Of a stretch of DNA of 64,000 bases, positions 12,076 to 28,109 are shown one piece after another. The position numbers and the translations under genes are program-made. The number at the start of each line of letters is the position of its first letter. Position 1 is the first letter of the stretch. The notes under the pieces are model-generated. The model did no database searches and had not been told where the DNA came from. It saw only the letters and a list, made by a program, of their open reading frames with translations. The stretch comes from Octopus sinensis (taxonomy: Eukaryota): contig NC_043000.1 in assembly GCF_006345805.1 (NCBI RefSeq), positions 157,914,001-157,978,000 of the forward strand. Direction: 5' to 3'.

Positions 12076-14414
12076 TATGGGAATTTAAAAAGTGATAAAA
12101 AACCGTTTTTCGTTATTTGTTCAGGCTTCTTACCATTCCAAATCTTCCGGGGAAAAACTAGCCTTTTATTTGCCCGGGGTTGGTAAAATAAAGTACCATT
12201 CAAGTACTTCTATTTATCAACTACCTCTTCCCTGTCTAAATCCGCTTGCATCTGTGGATCGCTCTAAATGTTTGTGTGTAATATAAATGTTTTATAAGAT
12301 CTCGTTGCAACTATTTATCAACTCAGTTCACATTTCATCCCAGTTTATTGGGTCATTTCGTCTTCCGTGGTCATTAAAATAAAATATTAGAAACGTTATT
12401 GGTTTATGTAATCGACTCAGGTCGTCGCTCAAGTTTCTGGCCACGTAGCTATGTAAGAAACTTTTATTATGGCAATAACAAAATCGCAGGATTTGTAGAC
12501 TGCCAGATAAAATTTGCTGGAGTATTTAGCATTTAGTTACCTTCTGAATAAACGCTTCATAAACAAATAATTAAATATAATGCATAGATAGTTTCAAATA
12601 ACACACTGAATGCTTGTACTCGTTAAATCTAATCGACCAAAATCCATTTTCGTTTTAGGTTTAGGTGCCATCAAGATGTATATAGCTTATATTTGCTGTG
12701 AAACTGATCAGTCAGTATCGGTAAAATATCGAACATATCCCTTGTTATATTTGTTCACTTCTTTTTAATTTCAGAATTTAATTCTATCGCCTAGATCGAG
12801 AGAATTTTACACCAACTACATTCGAGAATCGATTAAGTCCTATGAATGCCATATTCCAATTTGGCCAGCGTTGTAACAGATTAAAGGAATAGTGTACCTG
12901 CAATACTTGCAATGGATATAATTCGCTAAACCCTTAATCTCTTGTCGTCTGCCTAACTTTAAATATATTCTAATTATTATTAATTACAAAACTCCGTTTT
13001 ACAGAGCGTTCGATTGCCAAAATCTTTAGCGCTTCGGTGAAATATTGTACGGTACATAATCAGCTCTTCATATCTTCACATCCTGAGGTTAAACCCTGTC
13101 GAGGTGAAACTATGACTTTTACTCTTCCGGGTTCCCCACCAGGGTCGCTTTAAATGAATGTTCCCTTCCCCTAGATTTCTGACCTTGTGCCTACTTTAGA
13201 CATTCATATTATCCTGCCTATAACAACTCTTTCATCTTTCCAAGGCTACTAGAATAAGTACCAGTTGTACATGAGACCAAAATGAAATTTGTACGTCGCT
13301 GCTTCACTTATACTATTGAGCTGATGCTTGAAATTATGACTTTGATTTCTAGATAAACTTATTTCGCTTCATTTCTCATATGTTCTTAAGCATTGATCAA
13401 TACTTAAACGTCACTGTTTCACCTTTCTGTATCATATAAATTCCATTGTCAACTCTCGTTAAGCCAAAAAAGTGTTTATACATTAGCGATGTGCGAAAAT
13501 GTAAGGGTGCGATGTTTAACCTTTTCACAAGTACATTATCGTCATAAATACAATATGTGCAAATCTGTATTGTAACTGCGTCAGTAGAGACGAAGTAGTT
13601 ACTTCTACGAACTGAGTCACCAAGACAGACACAACTCTCTTGCTAGAGGTATTCGCCAAATCTCTGTCAAGCCACATACTAACATCTTATAAACAGACAC
13701 ACTAGATAAAATGTTTCTGTGTGAAGAGTACTTAATGGTGGGGTGGGGGTGGAAACTGTATGTTCACCGCAAGAATAGTTTTGAATATATTTCTGTTCAC
13801 AAAGATCTGTTATCTAACAAGCAACAATGAACACTCCATCATTCTCCTATTGGTCTAACACGATTTCGAGTGGGCCCCGAGCTCGTTTCGTCTGTTATTG
13901 TATTTTATGCCTGCTTACTGCGATATATATTTCTTGACTATTTATTAATTCATCATGTTTTGTTTATATGGCAATGTTTCTAATAATTTAGTCCCAGAAA
14001 GTGTAAATACGTTCATAACCTTTATCAAGACTTCAAACAGATGCTGTAGATATAGCTAATGTAATATCACACTTCAATGTGTGCATGTGTGTGTGTGTGT
14101 GTATGTGTGTGTGTGTGTGCGCGCGTAAATATGACCACCAATCGCAATAGAGAATGAATCAGTTGCTTGTACCACGTATTCGCTAATAGATTTAGTCATC
14201 ATAGAGTTGTGAGACACTGACACAACCAGACATTCAACTTTGTGAGAATTCGAGGGAGATACAACTGCCCAAGCACTGGGCTTGCAATCTCCTTTGATAG
14301 GCAACACCGATCATAGCGGAGGTCGAATTTAGAGCAGAAGCAGTCAGGATAAGGATCGCAATGCATTGTACTCGACGCTCTAGCTACTCTGCCCCTCGAC
14401 CAGCTTCACACAAT

Positions 14415-14445
<31 letters not shown>

Positions 14446-16490
14446 CATACACACGAACGCACACACAAACACACACTCACACACATAATTGATGAGGGAA
14501 ACGGAAAACGGATTTGGTACGAATCTTTATCAAACCCAACCATCGTTTCGACCAATCCTGCAGCTGTCCCTCTTGCGTTCTCTGCATCAAGCTGTGTTGC
14601 ACTAATCAGCGCAGTCTGCGTCACCTCAGGTGTTTGGTGTAACTGTGAATGACATCAGGTAGCCCAAACGGTGAATGTGGTTTAATCGGCATGCTAATAG
14701 ATATTCACCCAAAGTCCAAATAATTACTTATAATATATATATACATAAATTTATGGCCGATTTAGCAAAATCTCTTCTACTTTAGGCACAAGGCCCGACA
14801 TTTTGGGGAAGGAAATCATAAGCTGGCAAGGCGAGACGAGTTTAACCTTAGGGGCGGTGAGGGCCACTGATGAACGTTAAGCTGCGTTAAGTATCAAAAT
14901 GCGAAATCATCTGCGAGCGTAGTGAGTTTCTCTCCCTTGTCAACTCATTAAGATAGTGCTTTTGTGGTTATTAAGTTGTTTTGACTCTTATTTCTAGTAA
15001 TACCAATGCTGATTATTCATTTCAATTCGATTACTGCCATTGTTCACTTTAGTGAAGTATTTATTTCTGCCTTTAGGTTGTAAAATTTCAAATTAGCCAC
15101 CCACCTATATTGTGTGTGTGTATAATATATATATATGTATATCTACAAACAAACTCATATAGCGAGTACAGTCATATGATATGGTTAACATTTCACCTCC
15201 CAAATAATGGCTTCAACTTGGGCAGAAATACAATCTATAGTTTAAAATATGACAATAAGCATAGAATTTAATTGACATGAAAAAAAAAACAAACGAACAA
15301 ACAAAAACAAAAAATCAAAACAGTATTATTAATTTTGTAGAGTTGGAAAAACATCCAACTGAATGAATTTTGAACTCGTGGAATAAAGGATAACGATGCA
15401 TATTCCATAGCTAACACAATGACGATTCCAATGCCAAAATATTAACTGTTTCCTGTTTAATCTATTTAGGTGCAAACTAAGATTATGTATAAAGTGCAGG
15501 TACAACTTTGTTTTGTAAAGAGCAGGCAGAGAATTTATAATCAATAAACATTTGGTTAGTTAGCATGTTTGAGTGTGCTCATAAATCTGTAATCGCTTCA
15601 GCTAGTTTTGTCCTGCCACCCCAGTTACTTGTGTTGGTTATCTCTGATAGCTGAACTTAATAATCAGAGGTCAATGATCTATTGTACATTGACTTCACAA
15701 AGAAAAATCTTGTGCCATGGGTATATTATTTTTTCTGTACCATGTTAGAGCGTACGCATAGGCGAATATTTCAAATTAAGTAGTAAGGATTATGGTATGA
15801 ATATAAGGATTTCTTTTCTCTTCTATCAGATCATTTTTGCCAAGGATTTACTTACTTAACTCATTGATAATCCACTACTTCTTGTTTTTAAAACTTTCTT
15901 CTTCGGCTAATAATTGGATTTCTACATAGAATCTCAATCCAAAACATAGATATTACATTATTTTCTGCTTTTTTCTCTCTCAATTCAAAATTGGATTTAT
16001 CGACTGATTTTATGCAGTTAGCTCTGTTGTTGTAGTGTTGCAGCAATTTTATTCTGCTTCAACTTATTGTATTAACTAAATTGCATTTGCTGTGTGTTAT
16101 TTGAGGAAGACATACTATTGAACTGCATGGCCCTTCAATCCTTATGCGCTGACGGTTTTTCTTTCGCTGATTGTTAATTGCAACAAGCGTTCAAATAAAG
16201 GGAGAAGAGAGGACAATGAGATAACAACTGTGATTTCACCGAATACAGAATAAAGAAGGATAAGTTCTCATAAAAATGAAATGTTTCTATAGCAGAAAGA
16301 AGATTTGTATAAAGAATTTGTTGAAGATAAATATAATTCGCAGAGTGACAAATAAAAGGTGAATTAAACGTGAAAACCTCATGTATGTGCATATATCATG
16401 TGATGTACGAAATTCTTAACAATAAACAAGTGGATGTTTCTCAACGATTTGCGATGCGTCTATGGGTAAACTCAGTATATATATATATAC

Positions 16491-16596
<106 letters not shown>

Positions 16597-18318
16597 TTAT
16601 GTGTGTCTGTGTGTGTGTGCGTATATAAGTGTATAAAAAACTACTTGATTAGAAAGCAAACTATCCAGAGAAAGAACATATAACTGAAGTGGAAATTAAA
16701 ACATGATTTAACTCTACTATATGTGTTTTATACATATATGACAACAAGCATGTAATTTCGATTCCAGGTCGTAGGTTTTCATCCAATATATGTAAATCTG
16801 TTCTTTTGCTACAAATAGCGAATCATAAATGTGTACGTCTGTCCAGGTTTCAAAACAATAAATTTTCTTATATAACTAGTTGACGAAATCCCTAAAAGTA
16901 GGAGTTTCGATCTGTCTGCAAAGCATGCCTTGAACGCAATTTCGATTTTATGGATCAAATCACGTCATTTCACTGAAGCCGTTGAAATTCTTTAGTCATT
17001 TCACTAAAACCGTTCGTGTTCTTTAGAAACTTATGAACAACATGACTTCTTTTAAGCGGGTAGCTGCTAAATCTCCATCGAATTATAGACTACAATCATA
17101 AAAAAGGAAGGACACATTTTGGATGTTGTAGTTATAGATACTGGTGCCGGAGAAATAGTTTTGTCACGGTTGAAATGATTTTAAACGAAGGGCAAACTAA
17201 ATCGGCGCTTATCGACTAAAATAAAAATTAGCAAAACAAAGAAAAAAGCACAATAAAAGTATCATGTAATATACTTTGTATGTGTTTTGAGAAGGACTGT
17301 GGCTTTGTGTTTGGTTAATGTGTGTCACATCGGGGTTTCAGTTCGTGGACCGAATGGCAACTTTCAGACGTCGCTGTTACAAATAATAGCCGGATGCCGA
17401 CGTAGACATTCCTCCTTCCAGCTGTCACCTTCAGCCTTTTCCACTAACTCAAGGACGACAGTGCCAACGTCTATGTTTCCGTGTAACTATATTGGTACCT
17501 AAGCAAGTAGCGACTACGTGGTATATGATATCAAGCCATATTCACTCGCGAGTGAGGATCGATTGCAGTTTGTTCCATAAACGAAACTGACAGCTTATAG
17601 AAGAAGAGCTGAAGACGAGAAAAGTACATTTGAATCGAAACATGAATTCAATAACCCTTTGTGGTTATTTCACTTTATTTTATATTTTGCTTTTGCTCCT
17701 GGGAAAACATAAACGTTTCAGTATCTATTAAACCATATGAGAGAGAAAAACATTAAATTTCAGGCTTTCCAGTCGACGCTTCCAGAAATATAATTTCATC
17801 TATTAACCCAGATGCATTGCAACTTAGGTTTTGTATCTCTTTCAGAGCCAAAACAGAAAAAAAAAAAGAAATTTAGTGTCGAATTCAAAATTTTATTGAA
17901 TGTTATATGGTTTGTCATCTTTCAAACTATATACTGGCATGTTAATAATACTTATACATAATGCTGAAATTTTATTGAATGCATTGAAATGGAATATAAG
18001 ATACAATATACGAAAAAGTAGCGCGGATATACCTAAGTCTTTCTATTACAGTATTTCGTCGTTTATTTTAGCCAGTTACATTTGAAATAATTATGTATAT
18101 AGTAATATTACAAAGGTGATTACGATGATGATGATGATAATGACGAGACGAACACAATAATAACAAGAAGAATGCTGATAGGAAGAATAATAACAATAAT
18201 AATGATTATAGATGTGTGTTCATACGTACGTACGTATGTGTGTATGTATGAACACACACACACACACACATATGCAAACAAGAAAATGGAAAAATAAAAC
18301 TTAAAATATTGGAATATT

Positions 18319-18392
<74 letters not shown>

Positions 18393-18434
18393 TATTATTA
18401 AATTTATTATTATTCATATTCATATTATTATTCA

Positions 18435-18471
<37 letters not shown>

Positions 18472-20326
18472 GTTGTTGTTATTATTGGAAACGAGTTTCT
18501 TGCATAGGCACATCAATGCCCGAAGTTTTCGGTCTTGGGTCACTCTGTAACTTCTGCCTTATGCATACATACCTATGGTTAGGAAAAATCGAAAGAAAAA
18601 GATCATCTATGGCCTATTGAGAAGGTGTTTAAAAATCCAGTTATCGAAATACATTTTCAGTATCATACGTATTATGTTGGAATAACAGGATACAAACAAA
18701 CACGTCTGGTGCAAAGCGTGGGTAAATATTGGATCATAAGGAGAGAAGGCTAATATTTAGTCAAAAATGATCACGATATCCTGAACTATAATATTTGCAA
18801 AATCTTCTGAAGATTTAACGGATGATGGCTGAAACAAGATACTTTGCTTTACAACCTTGCCACCAAGTACATGGCCAGTAAAATTTATTCTAAATTAAAA
18901 AGAGGAAGAAAAATCACACAAACGCATACACACACACTCATACACGCATACACACACACATAAATTCCCTTATTTATACGGATAATTCTGCGGCAGCACG
19001 TAAGAATTAATAATACTAAAATACAGGATTTCTAACAGAACTTCATTGCCTTTTTAATCCAATTGAGCACACGCTGAAAGAACGAAGGGCTCTCTACATA
19101 GCCCTTGCAATACAGACTCTCTATATAGCCCTTCCTATTCTCAAACCAGATCTTCGAAACACTTATTGCATCATATAGTTGCTGTTTACGCTATACTTGT
19201 TTAAAATACGAAATGATTATGGCTATTTAACCTTTCACTACTAGTCTTCCTAAGCCTGTAACACCTGGCTAAACAATATCAAATACAACAAAATTAGAAC
19301 AAATTTTCGTCAATCTTCATTAACTGTTGAAGTCAATACAGAAGCGATCACAATCTTGGGCCCAAATTTCGCTCATTAGCATCACGCTCATGATGGTTAT
19401 ATAAAAGGAATGCTCAATGTACTTTACCTCTTTGCACTTTGTTACTCTTTGTTTGTAATACGAGACGGGAGTTTAAATATTTACATATTAAAGAAGATAA
19501 ACTTCGCTGTTGCTTTCCGGTGGAACATGCACAAGTGAAAGTTTCAAAGTAATTGAAAGAAATTATTAACACATAAACCCCTTAACACACACACACACGT
19601 CTGAGTGTGTATGAGTGTATATACATATGTGTGTGTGTGTGTGTACGTACATAATATATACATACAGACATAATACATATTCATAGCCGATTCTCATACG
19701 ATAAAATCGTACATATTTACTCGGATATCCACATGAGACAAGTATTTAGTTTTCTTATCCAGCCAACACAAGACACGCAAACGCTTATAGAATCCCAATC
19801 ATTTAAGCGCGCACAAAAATAAAAACATACATACATATATATATTGAAAATCCCAGTTGCTTATAGACACTTCGTGATCAAATCAATTTGTGCTAGCTAG
19901 TCTTCCTTTCCAGATGCTACTTTCCTGGGAGGTTTCTGATAGTTTTGAAAATATACTCAAGTATATAGTGGCACTCACGGAAATAGTCGCAACCACACGC
20001 ACATCCTCATTCAAATGAAAGTTATTTCGTTAATTATGGCTTTTAGTGAACGTAAGATATGGTTATAGAAATGTTGGACTTGTCAGCAGTAGACTATTTT
20101 CATTGAAGATCTTAACCATCTATTTTATGTAAAGATTCACATTAGAAGTATTAATTATTTCAATCTACATTTGTGATTTGAAATTTCTATCTATAATTTC
20201 TTACCGTTAAAAGTAAGAACATCATTACAAAGATTTCCAAGTTATAACGGAATACATTATACATTTGTGTTTTTAATGCGTGTATTTTCATTTTAAAAGA
20301 TAATTTATATGTATATGTATATACCT

Positions 20327-20411
<85 letters not shown>

Positions 20412-20445
20412 TATATATATATAATATATATATATAATATATATA

Positions 20446-20530
<85 letters not shown>

Positions 20531-21143
20531 GTGTGTGTGTGTGTGTCTGAGCGCGCATACACAAATACATATTGAAGGAACGCTTAAGACAGAAAAATCC
20601 CATTACTGTAGTTAGTCAAAGCACGCATCAATCTCTTATCGGGTAATCGTGCTACCGATTATACCAAATATGTTCTGCCAAAACACATTCTTTCCTTCTC
20701 TAAATATATGTGTGTAATTGTCTATGGATGTACGTATGTGTCTCAAACAGCGCATATAAAAATAATATCATTGATTTCTCGCAATGGTATGAAGTTATAA
20801 ATCTTTTCTGAAGTATATTAACTCGGTTAATTCGAATTTCGTACTTAGCTTCCAAATAATTTTAATGAACTCGGTAGTATGGAATGTTGAATTAATATCA
20901 GTCTGTTCTTGTAGGGATCCTGCTGCCCACCTGCATTATATTATTATTTATTATAATGTTCTTTCGCTCAAGTGGAAGCGTTGTAGAATAAGGTAAATGA
21001 ATTGTATTTACTATGAGAATTCAAAACATTTCGGGTTTCAGTTTATTAGTTGTCCCGTGATTTAATTGCACTTGATTTAATTGTCTACTCTTCTCTCACC
21101 CGACTTAGTATTTGTGGCCTTCTGTCTATGTTAGAAAAGAAAT

Positions 21144-21182
<39 letters not shown>

Positions 21183-22988
21183 GTCATCATCATCAGCTTT
21201 ATTTTTGTGAGGTTGTAATTAGCTACAATTGAATACGTATCTCACACTATATGTAATAGTAAGAGTGTGTTCTACTAATTCGAGAATATAGAAAAGCTAT
21301 GTCTGTGATGGGTTTCAAATCCATATTATTCCAATGCAAATAATATTGATTCCTTGCATACGTACAACACCAGAAAATTTATAAGGAGAAATCAGTTGGC
21401 GGAATTGTTCTCAATACTCGAGTGTTACTTTATATCATAAAATCTGAAAAGGTAACAAGATTTAGCAAAGGCTATTTTCTTTGACACGCCACTGATTCTA
21501 CCAATATAGGCAGTTTAATATAGTATAAAAAGGTCTTAAATTTGGAAGAAGCAAACGACAACTGAACTGACTCATGTATTTGACTGGTTGTTTATTTTAT
21601 TGAAGACAAACTGATGAAAAGAATATATTGAACATTTAAGATATATGCCCCGAACATATGGAAGCGAAACTAAATATCGCGTTCAAGGATCTACTGATTC
21701 TGTTAATTTGAGTTCAATAATAGAGATTTCTAAAATAGCCAATGATACTAACAGATTTTTATTTCGGGATTTTAATCGATTTAAGGGATCTTATCTGTTG
21801 ATTGCCACTTTTTTTTCTCAAGAAATTAAAGTTGTATTGAAGTTTTGCCGAGCCTCACAGTCATTTGACCAGATATATCCTTCAGACAAAATTGCACAAA
21901 TTGATTTTTTTCAAGTAATATTTTGTTTTTCAGATGTAGGCTTTCGTATGCCTTATGCGTTTGTTATGCATTATTTAGTAAGACAATATGACAACTATTC
22001 CCGAAGCAATCTATTCATGTCCGGTGTTATTTTACAATGACCATTAACCATAACACGTCTCCTTCTCACCTACCTCAACCGACTCGAAGTTCATCTCTAC
22101 CGTCTGTGTAACGCATCTGTTTACCACTATCTCGAATTTCGAGTTTTAATCAACACGTTGATCCGGTACTAGTAAACCGAGACACATTGAACAGATACAG
22201 ATACCGATATCAATATATTTATGCAGGAATATATCGAATCTATATGATTACATATATACATACATAAGGTAAAGTCATGCGAGTTTAAGCGTGTGTCTGT
22301 ACACACACACACCACACACACACACACACACACACGTATATATATATATATGGGAAGCGAGTGAAACGGATTGGGAGATAGAAAGAGACAGACAGAGGGA
22401 AAAAGAGATGCATACATAGATAAACAGATAGAAGACAAAGAAATTGATATCAACATATATTATGTATATATCATATAAACACGCCCCCCTCCCATCACAC
22501 GGTTGCGCACGAGCACTCATACACACACGTACACATGATTGTATTTAGAAATGAAAAACTACATACATATACATACAGGAACATACATATATACACGAGC
22601 GCTCACACACAACACATACAATATATATATTATATATACATGTGTGTTTATGTGTGAATGTGTGTGTGTTTGTGCATGCGCATCGAACTCTGAGAATGGG
22701 TGCTGAAAACTATATTGGTGGCAAAATATTCCTAACATTGGTTTCACACCGAGAGATTTCTCAGCAATTATCAAGCCTGCCACACGGGACGCTAGAACTT
22801 TTCTTCATCTTGGATGAACTACCCGATACATGTGTTACACGATGCTGCACGAGATTTGGGGATAAACATCATTAACACAGAGGTATGTAAAACATGAATG
22901 GCTATGTGGTCAGATAGCCGAGTCCGGTAGAGGAGCTTTCTGTGATAACCATACGATTCTCTGCTACAAATTATATATATATATATAC

Positions 22989-23032
<44 letters not shown>

Positions 23033-23033
<1 letters not shown>

Positions 23034-23282
23034 GAGTAAAGATTATGTGCCAACACAATGTGGAAGTCCTGGTGAGGATGATTGTTACTGTTATTTAACT
23101 CCAGGAAACGACGTCTCCAGCTGGCTAACCGACACTCTATTTAAGTGTCCTTATATCTTCGAACAAGGACGCAGATAGTGTGTAGTACAGCCAGCTGGAG
23201 ATGATGTTTCCTGGGACTAAATGACAGTAACAATCATCCTAACCAGGACTGCCACGTTATGTTGGCAAATAATCTTTACTCT
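23033..23282. mobile_element. 250-bp fold-back/MITE-like element
   Basis: Arms 23033-23127 and 23189-23282 are imperfect reverse complements (agagtaaagattatgtgccaac...ccagctggct versus agccagctgg...gttggcaaataatctttactct). Confidence 0.8.
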
Positions 23283-23919
23283 AGAGCACTGTTACTAAAT
23301 GCTTCTCTTTCAGAGATTTAGAAGTAATAATTTTCTATACACATACATACATACATACATACATACATACATACATACATACATACATACATACATACAT
23401 ACATCTCTTCTAAGGTACCTAGGTAATCATATGCAGACATAGGCGCCCCATTACTTCCCCCAACCTTGAAAAGGAAAATAAAAACATACTGGATATGACG
23501 AATGTTGGGCGAGGTTCCAACAAGGTAAATACTTTCTTTATCGACCTCTAAATGATTAATGGCAAATTCAAACAGGTGAATGCATTGAATCAGAAGAAAT
23601 ATCACAACGCACTCTATCTGAAACTCTAATGATACTGCGGATCGATCAACTGATATGTATATGCATTATGCACACACACACACATACACACATATGTGTA
23701 CAAGCACACGAATTACACATAATTTCATTATTTTTTTCTGTTTTTTCCTGAATACTATATTTCTTTATTGTAGTATGTATGTGCGTGTATATATATATAT
23801 ATAATATATATATATATAATATATATATACTTGAGTGTTTATATGTATACGTATAGATACATGCATACACACACGTATATTAATATATACACGCACACAT
23901 ACATACATACATACATACA

Positions 23920-23955
<36 letters not shown>

Positions 23956-24654
23956 GATATGCATGTATGTATATATATATATTATATATATATATATATA
24001 TATACATATGTGTTCCATCGTATATACACTAATTATATACTGATAGTTTATTCCAATATATGCTTACAGTAGGCTCAGTCGTCATATGTTGCTAGAAAGA
24101 TAAAAGAGAAGGCGAGAGAGAGAGAGAAAGAGAGCGAAAGAGGAAGAAAGAGAAAGAGATGGTGCAAGAGAGATAGATTGAGAGAGTACAGAAAGCGAAA
24201 GACGTCAAGAGAAAGATTAGATATGTACACGACTATTATTTTAAGACACTTCACAAATCAATAATTAAATTTCATCTGCAGACGGTAAAGAGCGAGATGG
24301 AAAATATCCTGTAGCTAATATACCCTGATTGTAAAGTCTTGTCTGAAAGATCTCACCCATTGTTCCCCTTTGTTATATTGCCGAAAGTCGTTGGTTCAAC
24401 CTTGAAATGTTCTAATTTTTACAAAACGAAAATAATACACGATTTACTGATGACGTGAATTCATGAAATTCTAGACATTATTAGCAGAAATACAGCAACA
24501 GCATAAATAGTCATAGAATTGCGCAAATGGATCTCCGTCAGATTTGACGGTGAGTATGCAGTTATTGGATGAATAGATATACGTGTTCAATGAAACAGTA
24601 CGTAATGCTGGAGTTCTTTCAAGCCAAGTGGATTATTAGCATAATCTTCAGACC

Positions 24655-24895
24655 AATTCAGTGAAAGCGATTGTATGACAAGGCCGGATGTTTTATATAC
24701 AAGTGCAGTCTGTTCCGCACATTTTCCGCCCACTCAATTTTTCTCACAAGGCTTGGATAAAAGCAGAACTGTGGTAAATGACCCAAATCCAAGATGTAAG
24801 GCAGGAGAATCTTGGTCATATGCCTGTTGCCATAGCGACGTGTTGATATACGTTTTGTGAGGCCACATGCTTGTGGTGCAAACTTCTTAATCATT
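24655..24895 (-). mobile_element. Possible ancient mariner transposase remnant
   Basis: ILLPYILDLGHLPQFCFYPSL weakly resembles the mariner motif LPHPPYSPDLAPxDFxLFPxL. Confidence 0.3.
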
Positions 24896-25941
24896 CAACA
24901 CACGTGCGCGCGCGCGCGCACACACACACACACACAACGAATCTTGCTATAATTATTATTTTCAGTTTATTCCTCTCTCTTTTCATAATTATCCATTAAT
25001 AGGAGATCATTTTGAAATAACAATTTACCTTAATTAAAATTTCTTTTATAAATATTAATGAAGCAGTAACGAAATAAATATATTTCTATAATTAGAGCAA
25101 ATCCAGGAATATGGCTGTTGTAACGCAGTGCATTAAAGCTACTACAAGCAGGCTTATAGAATAATGAAAGTAAAGCCAATACGGGTAAGACTTATAAGTC
25201 TCAAAATTTTCAGGGGTTTGTGTTAACACCGAAAGACATTTTGTTTGTCTATCGACTTATGAGAAATAGGAACCAACTTCTTTTGAAATCAAATCCTATA
25301 TTCTTAAACGTAAACGGGAAATGCAGTAAACATTGCAGTCTTTGATAAACAACAAAGTTTGTGATACTTAGACTATGGGACATTTTATTCAAAATTGCAT
25401 GAAGCTAACTACCATCAACAGCTGATAGATTAGCAACCGAGGATCACATAAGCCAGTGAGTGATCTGAGGAAATCTGACTGATATTTCTTGTAAATTTAG
25501 TGGCCACTTAGAAGTTTCCTCACTAGTTTGAATTTATTGAGAGTTACATGCATTCTAGCAAAACATGATCAGGTAACGTATTTACTGTAAGTATCGGAAG
25601 GAAGCGTAGCATATAGAGCTACCTGTTCAATGAAATAGCATGTACTGTTTGACTTCTTCGATTCCAAAACAGACACCCCAATGGACTTCATTGAAGCAGT
25701 AAGCAGATTGCAAATTCAATTCGTTCGATGATGTTGAACGGTAGATACGACTAAGTCGTTCAAGTAGCGTATCGTTGAATGTTTGTTAATTCGTCGGAAA
25801 AGTGTTCTTCCAAAAGAAATCTATTTTGTTATGCATGGTAGTTATATATGGAAGGTAGTTACGATATCTCTCTACAAAAGTGGAAACTATTTGAACCATT
25901 TAGTATCTAATTCTTGTTCATTATTACAGTAAAGTAAAAGT

Positions 25942-26130
25942 AGCGAGCCGGCGGAACCATGAGCGCGCTGGGCAAAATTGTTAGCCACATTTAATCTATT
26001 TTTACCTTCTGAGTTCAAATTTCACTGAGGTCGACTTCGCCTTTCATAATTTTTGGGGTCAATAAAAGTTGTAATCTACTTAACTCCTTCCCCTAAAATT
26101 GCTGGTCTTGTGCTAAATTTTGAAACTAGT
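25942..26130 (+). mobile_element. Older SINE family B copy
   Basis: gcgagccggcggaaccatgagc...gagttcaaatttcactgaggtcgacttcgcctttcat...ggggtcaataaaa. Confidence 0.75.
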
Positions 26131-26782
26131 ATATATTACATATGTATGTGTGTGTGTGTTATTTCTGAAAACCTGGATCAACTTTGATAACAAAAATTAC
26201 CAAAATTTTCCCAGCAACATTACTCAGCGACACTTTCTTTGTTCTTTTTTTAAACTCTAATTCAGGATATTTCTATCAGACTTAAGACCAACATATATTT
26301 CTTTGCAAGAATTGGTATTACACTTGCTCTTTGTTTAAGACAATGCTTCTTGATTTGAGCATCATTTCCCTGCTATTACAAGCGCGTTAACCAACAACAC
26401 GGAGGCAGGATGATTGGTTCAATGTGATGTGGATGATGAAAGGTCTCAAATACGCTAAAAATAAAAATTGATTCTCTCTCAAATCAAACCTCAGTAACAG
26501 ATTAGGATGGAGATAACTGCATCAAACCTGTCCTATTGGTTGTATTATACGTTTCAATGAAAATAAAATAGTATCGATAAAGAAGCAGGTTTTGAATTGG
26601 TAACTTTGATTGAAAGAACAAGATATTAAGATGCTTACGTATAAACTGACGTTATATTCTTTTAACCATCTTCTACTTCTTAGTTTATGTAGGGGTGTTA
26701 GTTTAAGCATACGTGTGTGAATATGTATGACTGTGTAAGTGATCGTGTGTATGCATATATATGTGACTGTGTGAGTGTTTGT

Positions 26783-26825
<43 letters not shown>

Positions 26826-28109
26826 TGTGTATAGGGGAGAGAGAGTGCGATGAATGTATTTATAGAAACCATACTGTTAAATCGATAACAATGTTGCACG
26901 CTGATAACCTGTTGGATTAATTTCCACTCGGATATCGGACCGGTGAGCGACCACATATTTGCATGCATACATACATACATACGTACATACACATGCATAC
27001 ATACATACATACGTACATACATACATACATACATACATACATACATACATACATACATACATACATACATACATACATGTAAACATATACAGACACATAG
27101 TAATTCACAAAAGGGCACGAAGAACGTTTACAAATAATTACATAGACACTTACAGACACACACAGATACACAGACACACAGACACATATAGAGGGAGAGA
27201 GAAAGAGAGAGAGAGAGAGAAGCAAACAGACAGACAGGCAGACAGACTTTGACTGAGAAACAGGCAGAAAACAAACAGGAATGGTGTAATAGCATATTGT
27301 ATGATTTCCGTCTAGCAAATTCCACTCGCAAGGTATGGGTTAACCGTAGGGTATAATAGAAGTCACTTGACTAATGTATGCTTGTGTGTGTGTACGTGTG
27401 TGTGTGTTTGTGTGTGTATGAAAGAGAGAGAGAGCGAGTAAAAGGGATTGCGTACGTACTTGCGCGTGAGCGTACTTGTGCGTAGACATAACCTAACAAT
27501 TGTTTTCTTTTAATATTTGTTTCCTTACAATAAATACAGGTTCGAATAATTGTGACGTATACCCAATGCAGCACTGGCTTTTGATGTCGTCACGTGGGAA
27601 GCACCGTTGAAAGGAAGATATGTGGGAGGTGTTAAAGAGTTAGTTGGAGATTAAGAATGAATGACAAGACGAGATAAATAACACAAATAAAGAAAAATGA
27701 AAAAAAGAAGGCAGACATTATGGAAAACTGTATATAATGAACGTAGAGAGAAATGAGGGCAGATCTGAAACCGGAAAAAAAACAACTAAAAATAGGAGTA
27801 AAGAACAAATATAAAGTTAAGACGAATTGAAAGGGAACAACTCGCTTTCTGATCGATATAACGATTACACTTATACGCATCTGTCGTCTGCGTTAATCAT
27901 TCATACACTCGGATTACACGTGGGATGTTATTACACGCATATAGTGTGCTACTAATCTGGAAACGCTGTAACAAGAGAAAACAACATTTAAAGCAACGAT
28001 GATAATAATAAAGTTAATGATAATAATAACAAAAATACTACGAATAATACTAGTGCTAATAATAATGATCCATCATTATTACTTTATGATGATCATTATT
28101 GTGTCTTTA

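Noticed and set aside
14864-14915. CTGATGA...GAAA hammerhead candidate
   Set aside because: Stems I-III do not pair beyond chance.
17604-17650. CTGAAGA...GAAAcatg hammerhead candidate
   Set aside because: Stem II is weak and the UH cleavage site is absent; may be a very old remnant but cannot be supported.
22700-22930. Non-repetitive stretch as an exon
   Set aside because: Stops in most frames; faint RTE-LINE-like residue (..IINTEV) suggests an old retroelement.
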